Source of the DNA: Amoebidium appalachense
Taxonomy: Eukaryota > Protista > Ichthyosporea
Assembly (NCBI GenBank): GCA_963693365.1
Contig: CAVNZM010000001.1
Location: forward strand, 696,745-760,744
Reading direction: 5' to 3'
Length of the DNA stretch: 64,000 nucleotides
Shown here: one piece after another, positions 35,165 to 48,721 of the stretch
Position numbering within the stretch: the first letter of the stretch is position 1
Layout of the letters: the number at the start of each line of letters is the position of its first letter
Made by a program: the position numbers and the translations under genes
Notes under the pieces: generated by a model
Databases searched by the model: none
The model's input: the letters and a program-made list of their open reading frames with translations, nothing else
Told to the model about the DNA's origin: nothing

Positions 35165-38100
35165 TGTTGTAATACGTAGTATCTACATATGGTAAGATCT
35201 TCTCAGTTTGTGTTATGTTTCAGTTCATATGCTTAGTGTATATGCCACACTCCTATTATGTAAAGTGTAGCATCGATCTCCGATATGCTTGTATACTTGT
35301 AATCGTGTTGTATCGGCTCTAATCGTGTATTGTAATATCGATTAGAATATTTATATGTGTGTACACGGATCCACCCACTCAGGGAGAGACGTGTACATGT
35401 TCGTGTGTACATAAATATCTCTGGTTATAGTTATGCTATTACTATCTTGTTTGTTGATCTGTGCTCTCTTTTCCTTTCTCTTTCTCCTTCCTTATTTTCT
35501 TTTCTTTCTCACCTTGTCTTCATGTGTATAATCGTATTTCTTTTCTACTAATATATGTTAGGTAGATTTGTGTTACTTAATACGTGTTCATTGGACGGTA
35601 ACACACTTAGGCTACACTTAGAATAGCATGTGTGTTTAGACTTCATTAATTTACTTTAGTTTTCATGTGTTGCCGGGCTTTAACCAATCATCAAGGTTAA
35701 GTGTGATATGTCTGAGTCTTTGCAGTATGTCATAGGTTAGAACTTCCTTGATGATGACACGAGTTGATCTTAACTAGTGTATGTGTCCTATCGTGTACGT
35801 CTCCGCGTACCGGATCTCTCTGAAAGCAATTGGTTCTTAGTGATTGGTTTCTATTAGAGATAGATCTGATTTTCGACTGGTCGGAAATCATGTATGGATT
35901 GGACTTAGAGGAATTTCAGGTATTTATTCGAAGATCAGAATAAATTCAGTTTAGTCGTGTCTAAACATTGATGTCTGTTGTGTACACTGCTCCGATCGTT
36001 CCGTGTTTTGTTGTTGTGTGTGTCTGTGGTGTTTTCACACTGCACCACTGTGTCTCTGCTTCCGTCCCAAATACTTATATAATCTTACAGGTTATGCAGC
36101 CCTTTTGCACGCTCCCTACACACATCTAGAACTAGCGATCGTTTTTCAATCATGGATCCAAACAAAACTGGTGTAAACAAAATAACCATGTGGAAAGGTG
36201 AAGGGAAAACTGGTCCCGATAGCAAAACCACCTATTTTCAGTGGGAAATCATTTTTCTCGGCATGATGACCGGCACTAAAGGTGTCCGACTCGTGGATGT
36301 TGTGCTTGCTGGCAACTACGTCCCCCCTACCACCGTCGCGGTTGACGGTGAACCCCCCTTCTACGGCTACGGCACTACCGCGGCACTCAAGGAGGCCCGC
36401 AACTGCCTCCTGCTCCATATGATTCAGAACATCGACCCTTCCGTGCTCACCACCGTTGCCCAGTACCGTATTGGCATGGACCCTGAACGGGCCATGTGGA
36501 AATTCCGTCAACACTACCTCCAAGGCAAACCCGATCAGATCCGCATCCTTCACCGTCAGTGGGATGCCTGTGCCCTTCAGCCCGGTGAATCATTCACCAC
36601 CTACCTGAGTCGTCTGCAAACCATCGTGAACCAGCTCCAGTCCCTCCAAGATGAGTCCATTCACTTCACTCGTCTAGCTGAGAAGTTCTTCAATGAACTC
36701 ACCACCAGAGACGACCTCACCCCTGAGTTCAACCGTCTTATCGAAGACTATCACTTCGGTGATAAGCTATTCCCCGACTTCGAGTCCCTCCACAACCACG
36801 TCAAGGGCATCGAGCTACGTCAAGACCTCAAGATGCAACTCCGGAGCAACCGTGCCCACCGTGCCTCCAAGTCCAGCATGGCATTAAATGCCAGTGCTCC
36901 CCCCCGTGATCTTCCTCGCCGTGACTTACGCAACCGACTTGACCGTACCCCTGGCACGGACAAGTCAGCCCTCACTGCTGAGTATCAAGCCTTCGTCGAC
37001 AAAGACATCTTTGAACTTGTTGACCCTCCCCCTGGTGCTAACATCGTCGGCTTCAAGTGGATTGTCTCCGAGAAAACTCTCAACTCGGCTGGTGACACCA
37101 AGATCAAGGCCCGTGGTGTTGCTCAAGGCTTTAGTCAGCAATACGGTGTTGACTATGAGTTGATTGAGAGCCCTGTCATCCGTCCGGCTACTCTCCGTGC
37201 TATCCTAGCTCTGGCCGTTGTTGAAGGTCATGACATCCATCAACTCGACGTGTCTACGGCCTTTCTCAACAGCCCACTCTCCGAGACCATCTACATGAAA
37301 CAACCCCCGGGATTCATCACCATGGCCACACTTGGCAAGATCTGGAGACTCAAGAAAGCCCTGTATGGCCTCAAGCAAGCCTCCAAGGCTTGGTACGACT
37401 TCCTCGACGGCATTCTTCTTGCCCATGGCCTGACCCGTACTAAGACAGACCCGTGCATCTACCTCCGGTTCTTCCCCAACAACGATGTGGTTCGGGCTGG
37501 TAACTACGTCGACGACTCCACCATCACCAACACCCGGGGTTCTACTGCTGCCAGTGACCTGGCTGCCCACATCAGCAAGATGGCCAGCTGTTGTATGAGT
37601 CCATTTGACCGTATGCTCGGTGTTGATTTTAATCACTCTGATCCCCATCACGTCCATAGCCGGAGATTGGCCGAGGAGGCCTTGGTGGGGCACTGGCCAT
37701 GGAGTAGGCTGAGGTGGGAGGGCAGGAGGGGTTCCCTGGTGGATGAGCGGGGTCGGATGTTGTGAGAAAGCTGCCATCTGCCCACCCCCCGTAGGAACCA
37801 GGCCAGAGACTTGTCGTGGGGGTAGGGAGCAGGGAGGCCCATGTCGAGGTGGAGCCTGGTGATGGCCGAATTGTAGCCGGTTAAGGAAGAGGCCCATGGC
37901 CTGACCCGTACTAAGACAGACCCGTGCATCTACCTCCGGTTCTTCCCCAACAACGATGTGGTTCGGGCTGGTAACTACGTCGACGACTCCACCATCACCA
38001 ACACCCGGGGTTCTACTGCTGCCAGTGACCTGGCTGCCCACATCAGCAAGATGGCCAGCTGTCGTATGAGTCCATTTGACCGTATGCTCGGTGTTGATTT

Positions 38101-39227
38101 TAATCACTCTGATCCCCATCACCTCCACATGCACCAGAGGGCTTACATCATGGATATCATCCACGACTTCAACCTCACCGATGCCAAGTCCAAGTCTACC
38201 CCCATCCCTGCAGGCACCACCGTCTCCCTGGCTGACTGCCCCCCCCAACCGTTCACCGTGCCCTACCGTGAGTTACTCGGCCGTCTCCTCTGGGTGGCAC
38301 GGTGCACACGTCCCGACATCGCCTATGCCATCGGCTTCCTTGGTCGGTTCAGCACCAACCCCGGCAAGACTCACTGGGACCTTCTCCGTCGTGTGGCCCG
38401 GTACCTGCTCGGCACCATTGACCTTGGCATTGACTACAAGTACTCGGCCACCCAGCCTCCCATACTCGAATGCTACACGGATGCTGACTTTGCTGGTTGT
38501 GCCGACAGCAAGAAGTCTACCACCGGCTACATCATCGAGTTTGCTGGTATGCCCATCATCTGGTACTCCAAGCTCCAGCCCATCACGGCCACCAGCACCA
38601 CTGAAGCTGAGCTGATTGCTCTCAATGCTGGCACCCAAGAAGTTCAAGTTGCTTGGGTCCGTGACCTCTTCAAGGAACTCGGCTGCCCCATGCGTGCCCC
38701 GACTCCGGTGTACTGTGACAACCAGTCGACCATTGCCATCGTCAACTCCACCGGCATCAAGCACCGTACCAAACACATTGCCGTCCGGTATCACAACACC
38801 AAGGACTACATTGCAAGTGGGGATGTGGTTGTCCACTACGTTGAGTCAGCCCACAACTTAGCCGACATCCTCACCAAACCCCTACCCGGGCCGAGTCATG
38901 TCACTCATCGTGCCCGACTTTGTTTGCCGGATATTGTGGATTGACCCATCCTACTTCAAGAGTGATTTTCTAATGTTTACTACTTACTTTATCATATTCA
39001 TTATATCATATGTATATTGCCTTTGTGGGTATGCCCACTTAGGGTTTCTATATAAGGTTTGACCTGTACCATGACTCTACTCTATCTTTCACTGGTTTAA
39101 AACCCAGTTAATCAAACACCGACTATAAACGTTATACATATTCGTTGCTTTTGCCCCGGTTCCTTCCCCTCCCCCCCCACCCCCCCCCCATTCCCCCCCC
39201 CCTTCCCCCCCCCCCCCCCCCCCCCTT

Positions 39228-39260
<33 letters not shown>

Positions 39261-42200
39261 GAATAGTTCACACTTTAATTTTTTTTTTCGTTTCTGTTCT
39301 CAAGTGGGGAGATTTCACTAGTTCAGTGGGGATATGATAACACAAACTTCAAAGTCTTAAGTGGGGATGTTGTAATACGTAGTATTTACATATGGTAAGA
39401 TCTTCTCAGTTTGTGTTATGTTTCAGTTCATATGCTTAGTGTAAATGCCACACTTCTATTATGTAAAGTGTAGCATCGATCTCCGATATGCTTGTATACT
39501 TGTAATCGTGTTGTATCGGCTTTAATCGTGTGTTGTAATATCGATTAGAATATTTATATGTGTGTACACGGATCCACCCACTCAGGGAGAGACGTGTACA
39601 TGTTCGTGTGTACATAAATATCTCTGGTTATAGTTATGCTATTACTATCTTGTTTGTTGATCTGTGCTCTCTTTTCCTTCCTCTTTCTCCTTCCTTATTT
39701 TCTCTTCTTTCTCTCCTTGTCTTCATGTGTATAATCATATTTCTTTTCTACTAATATATGTTAGGTAGATTTGTGTTACTTAATACGTGTTCATTGGACG
39801 GTAACACACTTAGGCTACACTTAGAATAGCATGTGTGTTTAGACTTCATTAATTTACTTTAGTTTTCATGTGTTGCCGGGCTTTAACCAATCATCATGGT
39901 TAAGTGTGATATGTCTGAGTCTTTGCAGTATGTCATAGGTTAGAACTTCCTTGATGATGACACGAGTTGATCTTAACTAGTGTCTGTGTCCTATCGTGTA
40001 CGTCTCCGCGTACCGGATCTCTCTGAAAGCAATTGGTTCTTAGTGATTGGTTTCTATTAGAGATAGATCTGATTTCGGACTGGTCGGAAATCATGTATGG
40101 ATTGGACTTAGAGGAATTTCAGGTATTTATTCGAAGATCAGAATAAATTCAGTTCAGTCGTGTCTAAACATTGATGTCTGTTGTGTACACTGCTCCGATC
40201 GTTTCGTGCTTTGTCGTTGTGTGTGTCTGTGGTGTTTTCACACTGCACCACTGTGTCTCTGCTTTCATCCCAAATAATTATATAATTTAACAGGTTATGG
40301 GCCCAGCACGCTTCCAAATACTTATATAATTTAACAGCCATACAGGGCTTTCTTGAGTCTCCAGACCTTGCCAAGTGTGGCCATGGTGATGAATCCCGGG
40401 GGTTGTTTCGTGTAGATGGTCTCGGTGAGTGGGCTGTTGAGAAAGGCCGTAGACACGTCGAGTTGATGGATGACAGGGCTCTCAATCAACTCATAGTCAA
40501 CACCGTATTGCTGACTGAAGCCTTGAGCAACACCACGGGCCTTGATCTTGGTGTCACCAGCCGAGTTCAGAGTTTTCTCGGAGACAATCCACTTGAAGCC
40601 GACGATGTTAGCACCAGGGGGAGGGTCAACAAGTTCAAAGATGTCTTTGTCGACCAAGGCTTGATACTCAGCAGTGAGGGCTGACTTGACCTGGTCACCA
40701 TTGGGTCCGGAACACAGTTGACGGACAAGTTTGGGTAGTTGGTCGATGTTGATGGGGGGACCGGGGGGAACTGGCAGGGTGGTGGTGGCTTGAAGTCCAA
40801 CCTTGCCCTGTAGACGGGCAGAACGACGGGGTGCAGGAACCGGGGGAGGTGGAGACGGGGGGGGGGGAACTTGGAAGTTCGGAATTGCAGGGGGGGCAAC
40901 CTCCGGGCTGGACGGGGCCGAGTGGAAGTTGTCGGGGGAGCCGGGTCGGATGGGTGTGACGTTGCCAGGGGCAGGATGAGGGTCGGCAGGCTGGGCACGG
41001 GGGCAGGGGGGCCGGTGGGGGGGGGGTGTCGGGGGAACGACGATGGCAGGAGGGGGGCCAGAGTACACCAGACAAACATCATCTTCAGTGTCAACTGTGG
41101 GGGGTGGGGTGGTCGAGGTAGCAGTGGTGTCGGGGGTCGGAAGTGTTGATGGAATGTCGGACGCGAGATAAGCTGATTCGTCGAAAATCACATCACGGAA
41201 GAGGCCGACACGATGGGTGGTGGGGTTGAAGATCCGGTGGCAGTGTGATTGAAGATCATAGCCGATATACATGCCGAGTTTGACGGTGGGGGCCAGCTTG
41301 TTCCGTTTAGAGGCTGGCACATGAGTGTAGGCAGGGCAACCGAACACTTTGAGCTCGGAGATGTCGGGCTTGACACCGTAGAAAACCTCGAATGGTGTAC
41401 GACCATTGGCAGTCGTGGACGGGGTGACGTTGATGATGTAGGCGGCATGTTGGAGGGCCTCAGCCCACAGTTTGGGGGACAAAGACTGATCTTGGACTTG
41501 ATGGAGGAGGGAACGAACAATCTCTTGGAGGAACCGCATACGACGTTCAACATAGCCGTTCAGTTGAGGGCAGTCCACCGGAGCATAGCTGGCCTTGATG
41601 CCCTGGGAGAGGCAAAAAGCACGGGTAGCCTTGGAGGTGAACTCAGAGCCGGAGTCGAAGTGGTAGACACCAACTTTGGAGGGGGCATGGGTAGCAACGA
41701 GGTTGGTGTGAGCTGTGAGAATGTCCAGGGTGGTTGTACGGTCGGCCATCGGGTAGATCTTGACGAGTCCAGAGGCACGGCAGACAGTGACGAGAGCAAC
41801 CTTGGAACCTCCGTACGATGTTGTGGTAGGCTCAAAAAAATCCCAATGCCATTCATGACCGGGGATGTTGGAGTGAGGACGGTCACCCTTGAACGGAGCC
41901 TTGGTGGTTTTACCCATAATGCAGCCATGACAATCAGGAACATCACAGTCGAGGACAGACGAGGGGAGACCAATAACAAGGTCGTGTTTCACCATGTCCT
42001 TGATGCTGGTCATAGCACGGTGCCCCAGACGATGGTGCCAGATGGATGGATTAACACTGGTAGTGGCAGCCAGAGCCACAGGACGAGTGGGTGGTTGAAT
42101 GGTGTAGTCCTTGAAGTAATACAGACCGTTGTGTAGACGGAGGTTGACGAGATGACGGCCGGTGAGTCGGTCGAAGAGGAATGACGGAGTGGAGGCATCA

Positions 42201-42264
42201 TTCAAATCACCCTTGATGTATTCGGCAGCAGCTTGGGATGTTGAAATGAGGAAGGCTTGGCCAG
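35165..42264 (+). repeat. Tandem duplicate of 28044-35164 (~7.1 kb; LTR-A at 35165-36089 and 39368-40292)
   Basis: Identical ORFs offset by 7121 bp and then ~7100 bp; differences are mostly homopolymer lengths and the 5' half of the first LTR. Confidence 0.97.
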
Positions 42265-45200
42265 TGTTGTAATACGTAGTATCTACATATGGTAAGATCT
42301 TCTCAGTTTGTGTTATGTTTCAGTTCATATGCTTAGTGTATATGCCACACTCCTATTATGTAAAGTGTAGCATCGATCTCCGATATGCTTGTATACTTGT
42401 AATCGTGTTGTATCGGCTCTAATCGTGTATTGTAATATCGATTAGAATATTTATATGTGTGTACACGGATCCACCCACTCAGGGAGAGACGTGTACATGT
42501 TCGTGTGTACATAAATATCTCTGGTTATAGTTATGCTATTACTATCTTGTTTGTTGATCTGTGCTCTCTTTTCCTTTCTCTTTCTCCTTCCTTATTTTCT
42601 TTTCTTTCTCACCTTGTCTTCATGTGTATAATCGTATTTCTTTTCTACTAATATATGTTAGGTAGATTTGTGTTACTTAATACGTGTTCATTGGACGGTA
42701 ACACACTTAGGCTACACTTAGAATAGCATGTGTGTTTAGACTTCATTAATTTACTTTAGTTTTCATGTGTTGCCGGGCTTTAACCAATCATCAAGGTTAA
42801 GTGTGATATGTCTGAGTCTTTGCAGTATGTCATAGGTTAGAATTTCCTTGATGATGACACGAGTTGACCTTAACTAGTGTCTGTGTCCTATCGTGTGCGT
42901 CTCCGCGTACCGGATCTCTCTGAAAGCAATTGGTTCTTAGTGATTGGTTTCTATTAGAGATAGATCTGATTTCCGACTGGTCGGAAATCATGTATGGATT
43001 GGACTTAGAGGAATTTCAGGTATTTATTCGAAGATCAGAATAAATTCAGTTCAGTCGTGTCTAAACATTGATGTCTGTTGTGTACACTGCTCCGATCGTT
43101 CCGTGTTTTGTTGTTGTGTGTGTCTGTGGTGTTTTCACACTGCACCACTGTGTCTCTGCTTTCATCCTAAATATTTATACAATTCAACAGAAGATCAGAA
43201 TAAATTCAGTTCAGTCGTGTCTAAACATTGATGTCTGTTGTGTACACTGCTCCGATCGTTCCGTGTTTTGTTGTTGTGTGTGTCTGTGGTGTTTTCACAC
43301 TGCACCACTGTGTCTCTGCTTTCATCCCAAATATTTATACAATTCAACAGTGACCGTCCTCACTGCAACATCCCCGGTCATGAATGGCATTGGGATTTTT
43401 TTGAGCCTACCACAACATCGTACGGAGGTTCCAAGGTTGCTCTCGTCACTGTCTGCCGTGCCTCTGGACTCGTCAAGATCTACCCGATGGCCGACCGTAC
43501 AACCACCCTGGACATTCTCACAGCTCACACCAACCTCGTTGCTACCCATGCCCCCTCCAAAGTTGGTGTCTACCACTTCGACTCCGGCTCTGAGTTCACC
43601 TCCAAGGCTACCCGTGCTTTTTGCCTCTCCCAGGGCATCAAGGCCAGCTATGCTCCGGTGGACTGCCCTCAACTGAACGGCTATGTTGAACGTCGTATGC
43701 GGTTCCTCCAAGAGATTGTTCGTTGCCTCCTCTATCAAGTCCAAGATCAGTCTCTGTCCCCCAAACTGTGGGCTGAGGCCCATCAACATGCCGCCTACAT
43801 CATCAACGTCACCCCGTCCACGACTGCCAATGGTCGTACACCATTCGAGGTTTTCTACGGTGTCAAGCCCGACATCTCCGAGCTCAAGGTGTTCGGTTGC
43901 CCTGCCTACACTCATGTGCCAGCCTCTAAACGGAACAAGCTGGCCCCCACCGTCAAACTCGGCATGTATATCGGCTATGATCTTCAATCACACTGCCACC
44001 GGATCTTCAATCCCACCACCCATCGTGTCGGCCTCTTCCGTGATGTGATTTTCGACGAATCAGCTTATCTCCCGTCCGACATTCCATCAACACTTCTGAC
44101 CCCCGACACCACTGCTACCTCGACCACCCCACCCCCCACAGTTGACACTGAAGATGATGTTTGTCTGGTGTACTCTGGCCCCCCTCCTGCCATCGTCGTT
44201 CCCCCGACACCCCCCCCCCCACCGGCCCCCCTGCCCCCGTGCCCGTCCAGCCTGCCGACCCTCATCCTGCCCCTGGCAACGTCACACCCATCCGACCCGG
44301 CTCCCCCGACAACTTCCACTCGGCCCCGTCCAGCCCGGAGGTTGCCCCCCCTGCAATTCCGAACTTCCAAGTTCCCCCCCCCCCCCGTCTCCACCTCCCC
44401 CGGTTCCTGCACCCCGTCGTTCTGCCCGTCTACAGGGCAAGGTTGGATTTCAAGCCACCACCACCCTCCCAGTCCCCCCGGTCCCCCCATCAACTTCGAC
44501 CAACTACCCAAACTTGTCCGTCAACTGTGTTCCGGACCCAATGGTGACCAGGTCAAGTCAGCCCTCACTGCTGAGTATCAAGCCTTCGTCGACAAAGACA
44601 TCTTTGAACTTGTTGACCCTCCCCCTGGTGCTAACATCGTCGGCTTCAAGTGGATTGTCTCCGAGAAAACTCTCAACTCGGCTGGTGACACCAAGATCAA
44701 GGCACGTGGTGTTGCTCAAGGCTTCAGTCAGCAATACGGTGTTGACTATGAGTTGATTGAGAGCCCTGTCATCCGTCCGGCTGCTCTCCGTGCTATCCTA
44801 GCTCTGGCCGTTGTTGAAGGTCATGACATCCATCAACTCGACGTGTCTACGGCCTTTCTCAACAGCCCACTCACCGAGACCATCTACATGAAACAACCCC
44901 CGGAATTCATCACCATGGCCACACTTGGCAAGGTCTGGAGACTCAAGAAAGCCCTGTACGGCCTCAAGCAAGCCTCCAAGGCTTGGTACGACTTCCTCGA
45001 CGGCATTCTTCTTGCCCATGGCCTGACCCGTACTAAGACCGATCCGTGCATCTACCTCCGGTTCTTCCCCAACAACGATGTGGTTCGGGCTGGTAAATAC
45101 GTTGACGACGCCACCATCACCAACACCCGGGGTTCTACTGCTGCCAGTGACCTGGCTGCCCACATCAGCAAGATGGCCAGCTGTCGTATGAGTCCATTTG

Positions 45201-46138
45201 ACCGTATGCTCCGTGTTGATTTTAATCACTCTGATCCCCATCACCTCCACATGCACCAGAGGTCTTACATCATGGATATCATCCACGACTTCAACCTCAC
45301 CGATGCCAAGTCCAAGTCTACCCCCATCCCTGCAGGCACCACCGTCTCCCTGGCTGACTGCCCCCCCCAACTGTTCACCGTGCCCTACCGTGAGTTACTC
45401 GGCCGTCTCCTCTGGGTGGCACGGTGCACACGTCCCGACATTGCCTATGCCATCGGCTTCCTTGGTCGGTTCAGCACCAACCCCGGCAAGACTCACTGGG
45501 ACCTTCTCCGTCGTGTGGCCCGGTACCTGCTCGGTACCATTGACCTTGGCATTGACTACATTACTCGGCCACCCAGCCCCCCATACTCGAATGCTACACG
45601 GATGCTGACTTTGCTGGTTGTGCCGACAGCAAGAAGTCTACCTCCGGCTACATCATCGAGTTTGCTGGTATGCCCATCATCTGGTACTCCAAGCTCCAGC
45701 CCATCACGGCCACCAGCACCACTGAAGCTGAGCTGATTGCTCTCAATGCTGGCACCCAAGAAGTTGCTTGGGTCCGTGACCTCTTCAAGGAACTCGGCTG
45801 CCCCATGCTTGCTCCGACTCCGGTGTACTGTGACAACCAGTCGACCATTGCCATCGTCAACTCCACCGGCATCAAGCACCGTACCAAACACATTGCCGTC
45901 CGGTATCACAACACCAAGGACTACATTGCAAGTGGGGATGTGGTTGTCCACTACGTTGAATCAGCCCACAACTTAGCTGACATCCTCACCAAACCCCTCC
46001 CCGGCCCGAGTCATGTCAACCATCGTGCTAAACTTTGTCTGCCGGATATTGTGGATTGACCCGTCCTACTTCAAGAGTGATTTTCTAATGTTTACTACTT
46101 ACTTTATCATAATCATTATTTCATATGTATACTGCCTT

Positions 46139-47491
46139 CAGTCGCGCCATGTCGGGCTCCCGATCACATCAAAACCATATGTGATCGGTGAACACGCAGT
46201 ATGATTCCTTAAAAATAGCAGTTAACTATCCAATAAGATCGCCACTCCGGGCTCATCAGATAAAATGCAACCAATCAAGATGCGTATTTTGCACATTCCT
46301 ATTCTCTTAAATTTTAACACGCACAGGGCCATCGCGACCAGGCACAAAACACGACACGTGTTTCGTAAACGGCCGTGCGCCGCTGCATCCACACTCCACC
46401 ACATTTACGCACAAGGGGCGGCATGCACACCATTGCATAGAGCCAAACGCTGGCAACATGGCCGTGTTTGAGCCGTTGCCGTGGGACTAGTACAACACGA
46501 GTTATTAGTTTTGCGACATGGGCACTTTGTCAGGAAAAACGAAATTTACTAAAGCGTCAAAAACTCTAGAAAAACATAAGAATACCAATAGGCCGCACGA
46601 ACTTCATGCTGTCTTCTTCCACCATGACGAGCAGCACCAACACCCTGCTCTAGTGTCCTCTACCATGCCGAGCAGCACCAACACCCTGCTCTAGTGTCTT
46701 CTACCATGCCGAGCAGCACCATCACCCTGCTCTAGTGTCTTCTACCATGCCGAGCAGCACCATCACCCTGCTCTAGTGTCTTCTACCATGCCGAGCAACA
46801 CCAACACCCTGCTCTAGTGTCTTCTACCAGGCCGAGCAGCACCATCACCCTGCTCTAGTCTTCTACCATGCCGAGCAGCACCAACACCCTGCTCTAGTGT
46901 CTTCTACCATGCCGAGCAGCACCAACACCCTGCTCTAGTGTCTTCTACCATGCCGAGCAGCACCAACACCCTGCTCTAGTGTCTTCTACCATGCCGAGCA
47001 GCACCAACACCCTGCTCTATTGTCTTCTACCATGCCGAGCAGCACCAACACCCTGCTCTAGTGTCTTCTACCATGCCGAGCAGCACCAACACCCTGCTCT
47101 AGTCTTCTACCATGCCGAGCAGCACCAACACACTGCTCTTCTTTCTTTCTTTTCCACCATGCAGAGCAGCACGAACACACTGCTTCGTCTTATTGTATTG
47201 TTTCTAACTTTCCGAACATTTTTTCTTGCTTATACCCTTTTATTTTCCCCCGGATCACTCCTGGCTAGGTGTTGGTTGAAGTGAGTTTGCTCAATCCCCA
47301 CTAGCGTGACTGCGGCAACCCCGTGGGCTAAGAATTGCCAGAATATGTAGTGACAGTCGGGATTATGTATCCTGACTTATAGTTGCACTATGTAGAGAGC
47401 ACATTCGTGTGTCTACTGTGGAAGACGTTAGCTCCCCTTAGGCAGTGCCTCCGGGAGTGAAACGGGATAAAATAAAAAAAAAATAAAAAAA
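46139..47491 (+). mobile_element. Non-coding non-LTR retroposon (SINE-like, ~1.35 kb) in the Copia-A 3' UTR
   Basis: 16-bp TSD ATATGTATACTGCCTT (46123-46138, 47492-47507), A-rich tail 47467-47491, absent from the other Copia-A 3' UTRs. Confidence 0.88.
46610..47181. repeat. 41-bp minisatellite (~14 units) inside the retroposon
   Basis: Unit CTAGTGTCTTCTACCATGCCGAGCAGCACCAACACCCTGCT, e.g. starts at 46691 and 46732. Confidence 0.95.
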
Positions 47492-48721
47492 ATATGTATA
47501 CTGCCTTTGTGGGTATGCCCACTTAGGGTTTATATATAAGGTTTGACCTGTACCATCACTCTACTCTATCTTTCACTGGTTTAAAACCCAGTTAATCCAA
47601 CCCCGACTATACACGTTATACATATTCGTTGTTTTTGCCCCGGTTCCTCCCCCCCCCCCCCCCCCTTCTCCCCCCCCCCCCCCCCCCCCCCCCCGGAAAA
47701 GTACACACTTTAATTTTTTTTTTCCGTTTCTGTTCTCAAGTGGGGAGATTTCACTAGTTCAGTGGGGATATGATAACACAAACTTCAAAGTCTTAAGTGG
47801 GGATGTTGTAATACGTAGTATCTACATATGGTAAGATCTTCTCAGTCTGTGTTATGTTTCAGTTCATATGCTTAGTGTATATGCCACACTCCTATTATGT
47901 AAAGTGTAGCATCGATCTCCGATATGCTTGTATACTTGTAATCGTGTTGTATCGGCTCTAATCGTGTATTGTAATATCGATTAGAATATTTATATGTGTG
48001 TACACGGATCCACCCACTCAGGGAGAGACGTGTACATGTTCGTGTGTACATAAATATCTCTGGTTATAGTTATGCTATTACTATCTTGTTTGTTGATCTG
48101 TGCTCTCTTTTCCTTTCTCTTTCTCCTTCCTTATTTTCTTTTCTTTCTCTCCTTGTCTTCATGTGTATAATCGTATTTATTTTCTACTAATATATGTTAG
48201 GTAGATTTGTGTTACTTAATACGTGTTCATTGGACGGTAACACACTTAGGCTACACTTAGAATAGCATGTGTGTTTAGACTTCATTAATTTACTTTAGTT
48301 TTCATGTGTTGCCGGGCTTTAACCAATCATCAAGGTTAAGTGTGATATGTCTGAGTCTTTGCAGTATGTCATAGGTTAGAATTTCCTTGATGATGACACG
48401 AGTTGACCTTAACTAGTGTCTGTGTCCTATCGTGTGCGTCTCCGCGTACCGGATCTCTCTGAAAGCAATTGGTTCTTAGTGATTGGTTTCTATTAGAGAT
48501 AGATCTGATTTCCGACTGGTCGGAAATCATGTATGGATTGGACTTAGAGGAATTTCAGGTATTTATTCGAAGATCAGAATAAATTCAGTTCAGTCGTGTC
48601 TAACATTATTTTTTTACACTGCTCCGATCGTTCCGTGTTTTGTTGTTGTGTGTGTCTGTGGTGTTTTCACACTGCACCACTGCGTCTCTGCTTTCATCCC
48701 AAATATTTATACAATTTAACA

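Larger units (their letters stand above)
42265..48721 (+). mobile_element. Copia-A element with both LTRs (42265-43189, 47804-48721) and TSD GCCAG, inserted antisense into another Copia-A; extra U5 copy 43190-43349; PBS-gag-PR missing
   Basis: GCCAG at 42260-42264 and 48722-48726; flanks rejoin as contiguous Copia-A (YYTPSGQAFL); IN-RT-RH ORFs 43238-46059. Confidence 0.95.

Noticed and set aside
46610-47181. CRISPR-like array
   Set aside because: Units are contiguous 41-bp repeats with no unique spacers, no cas genes, and a eukaryotic context.
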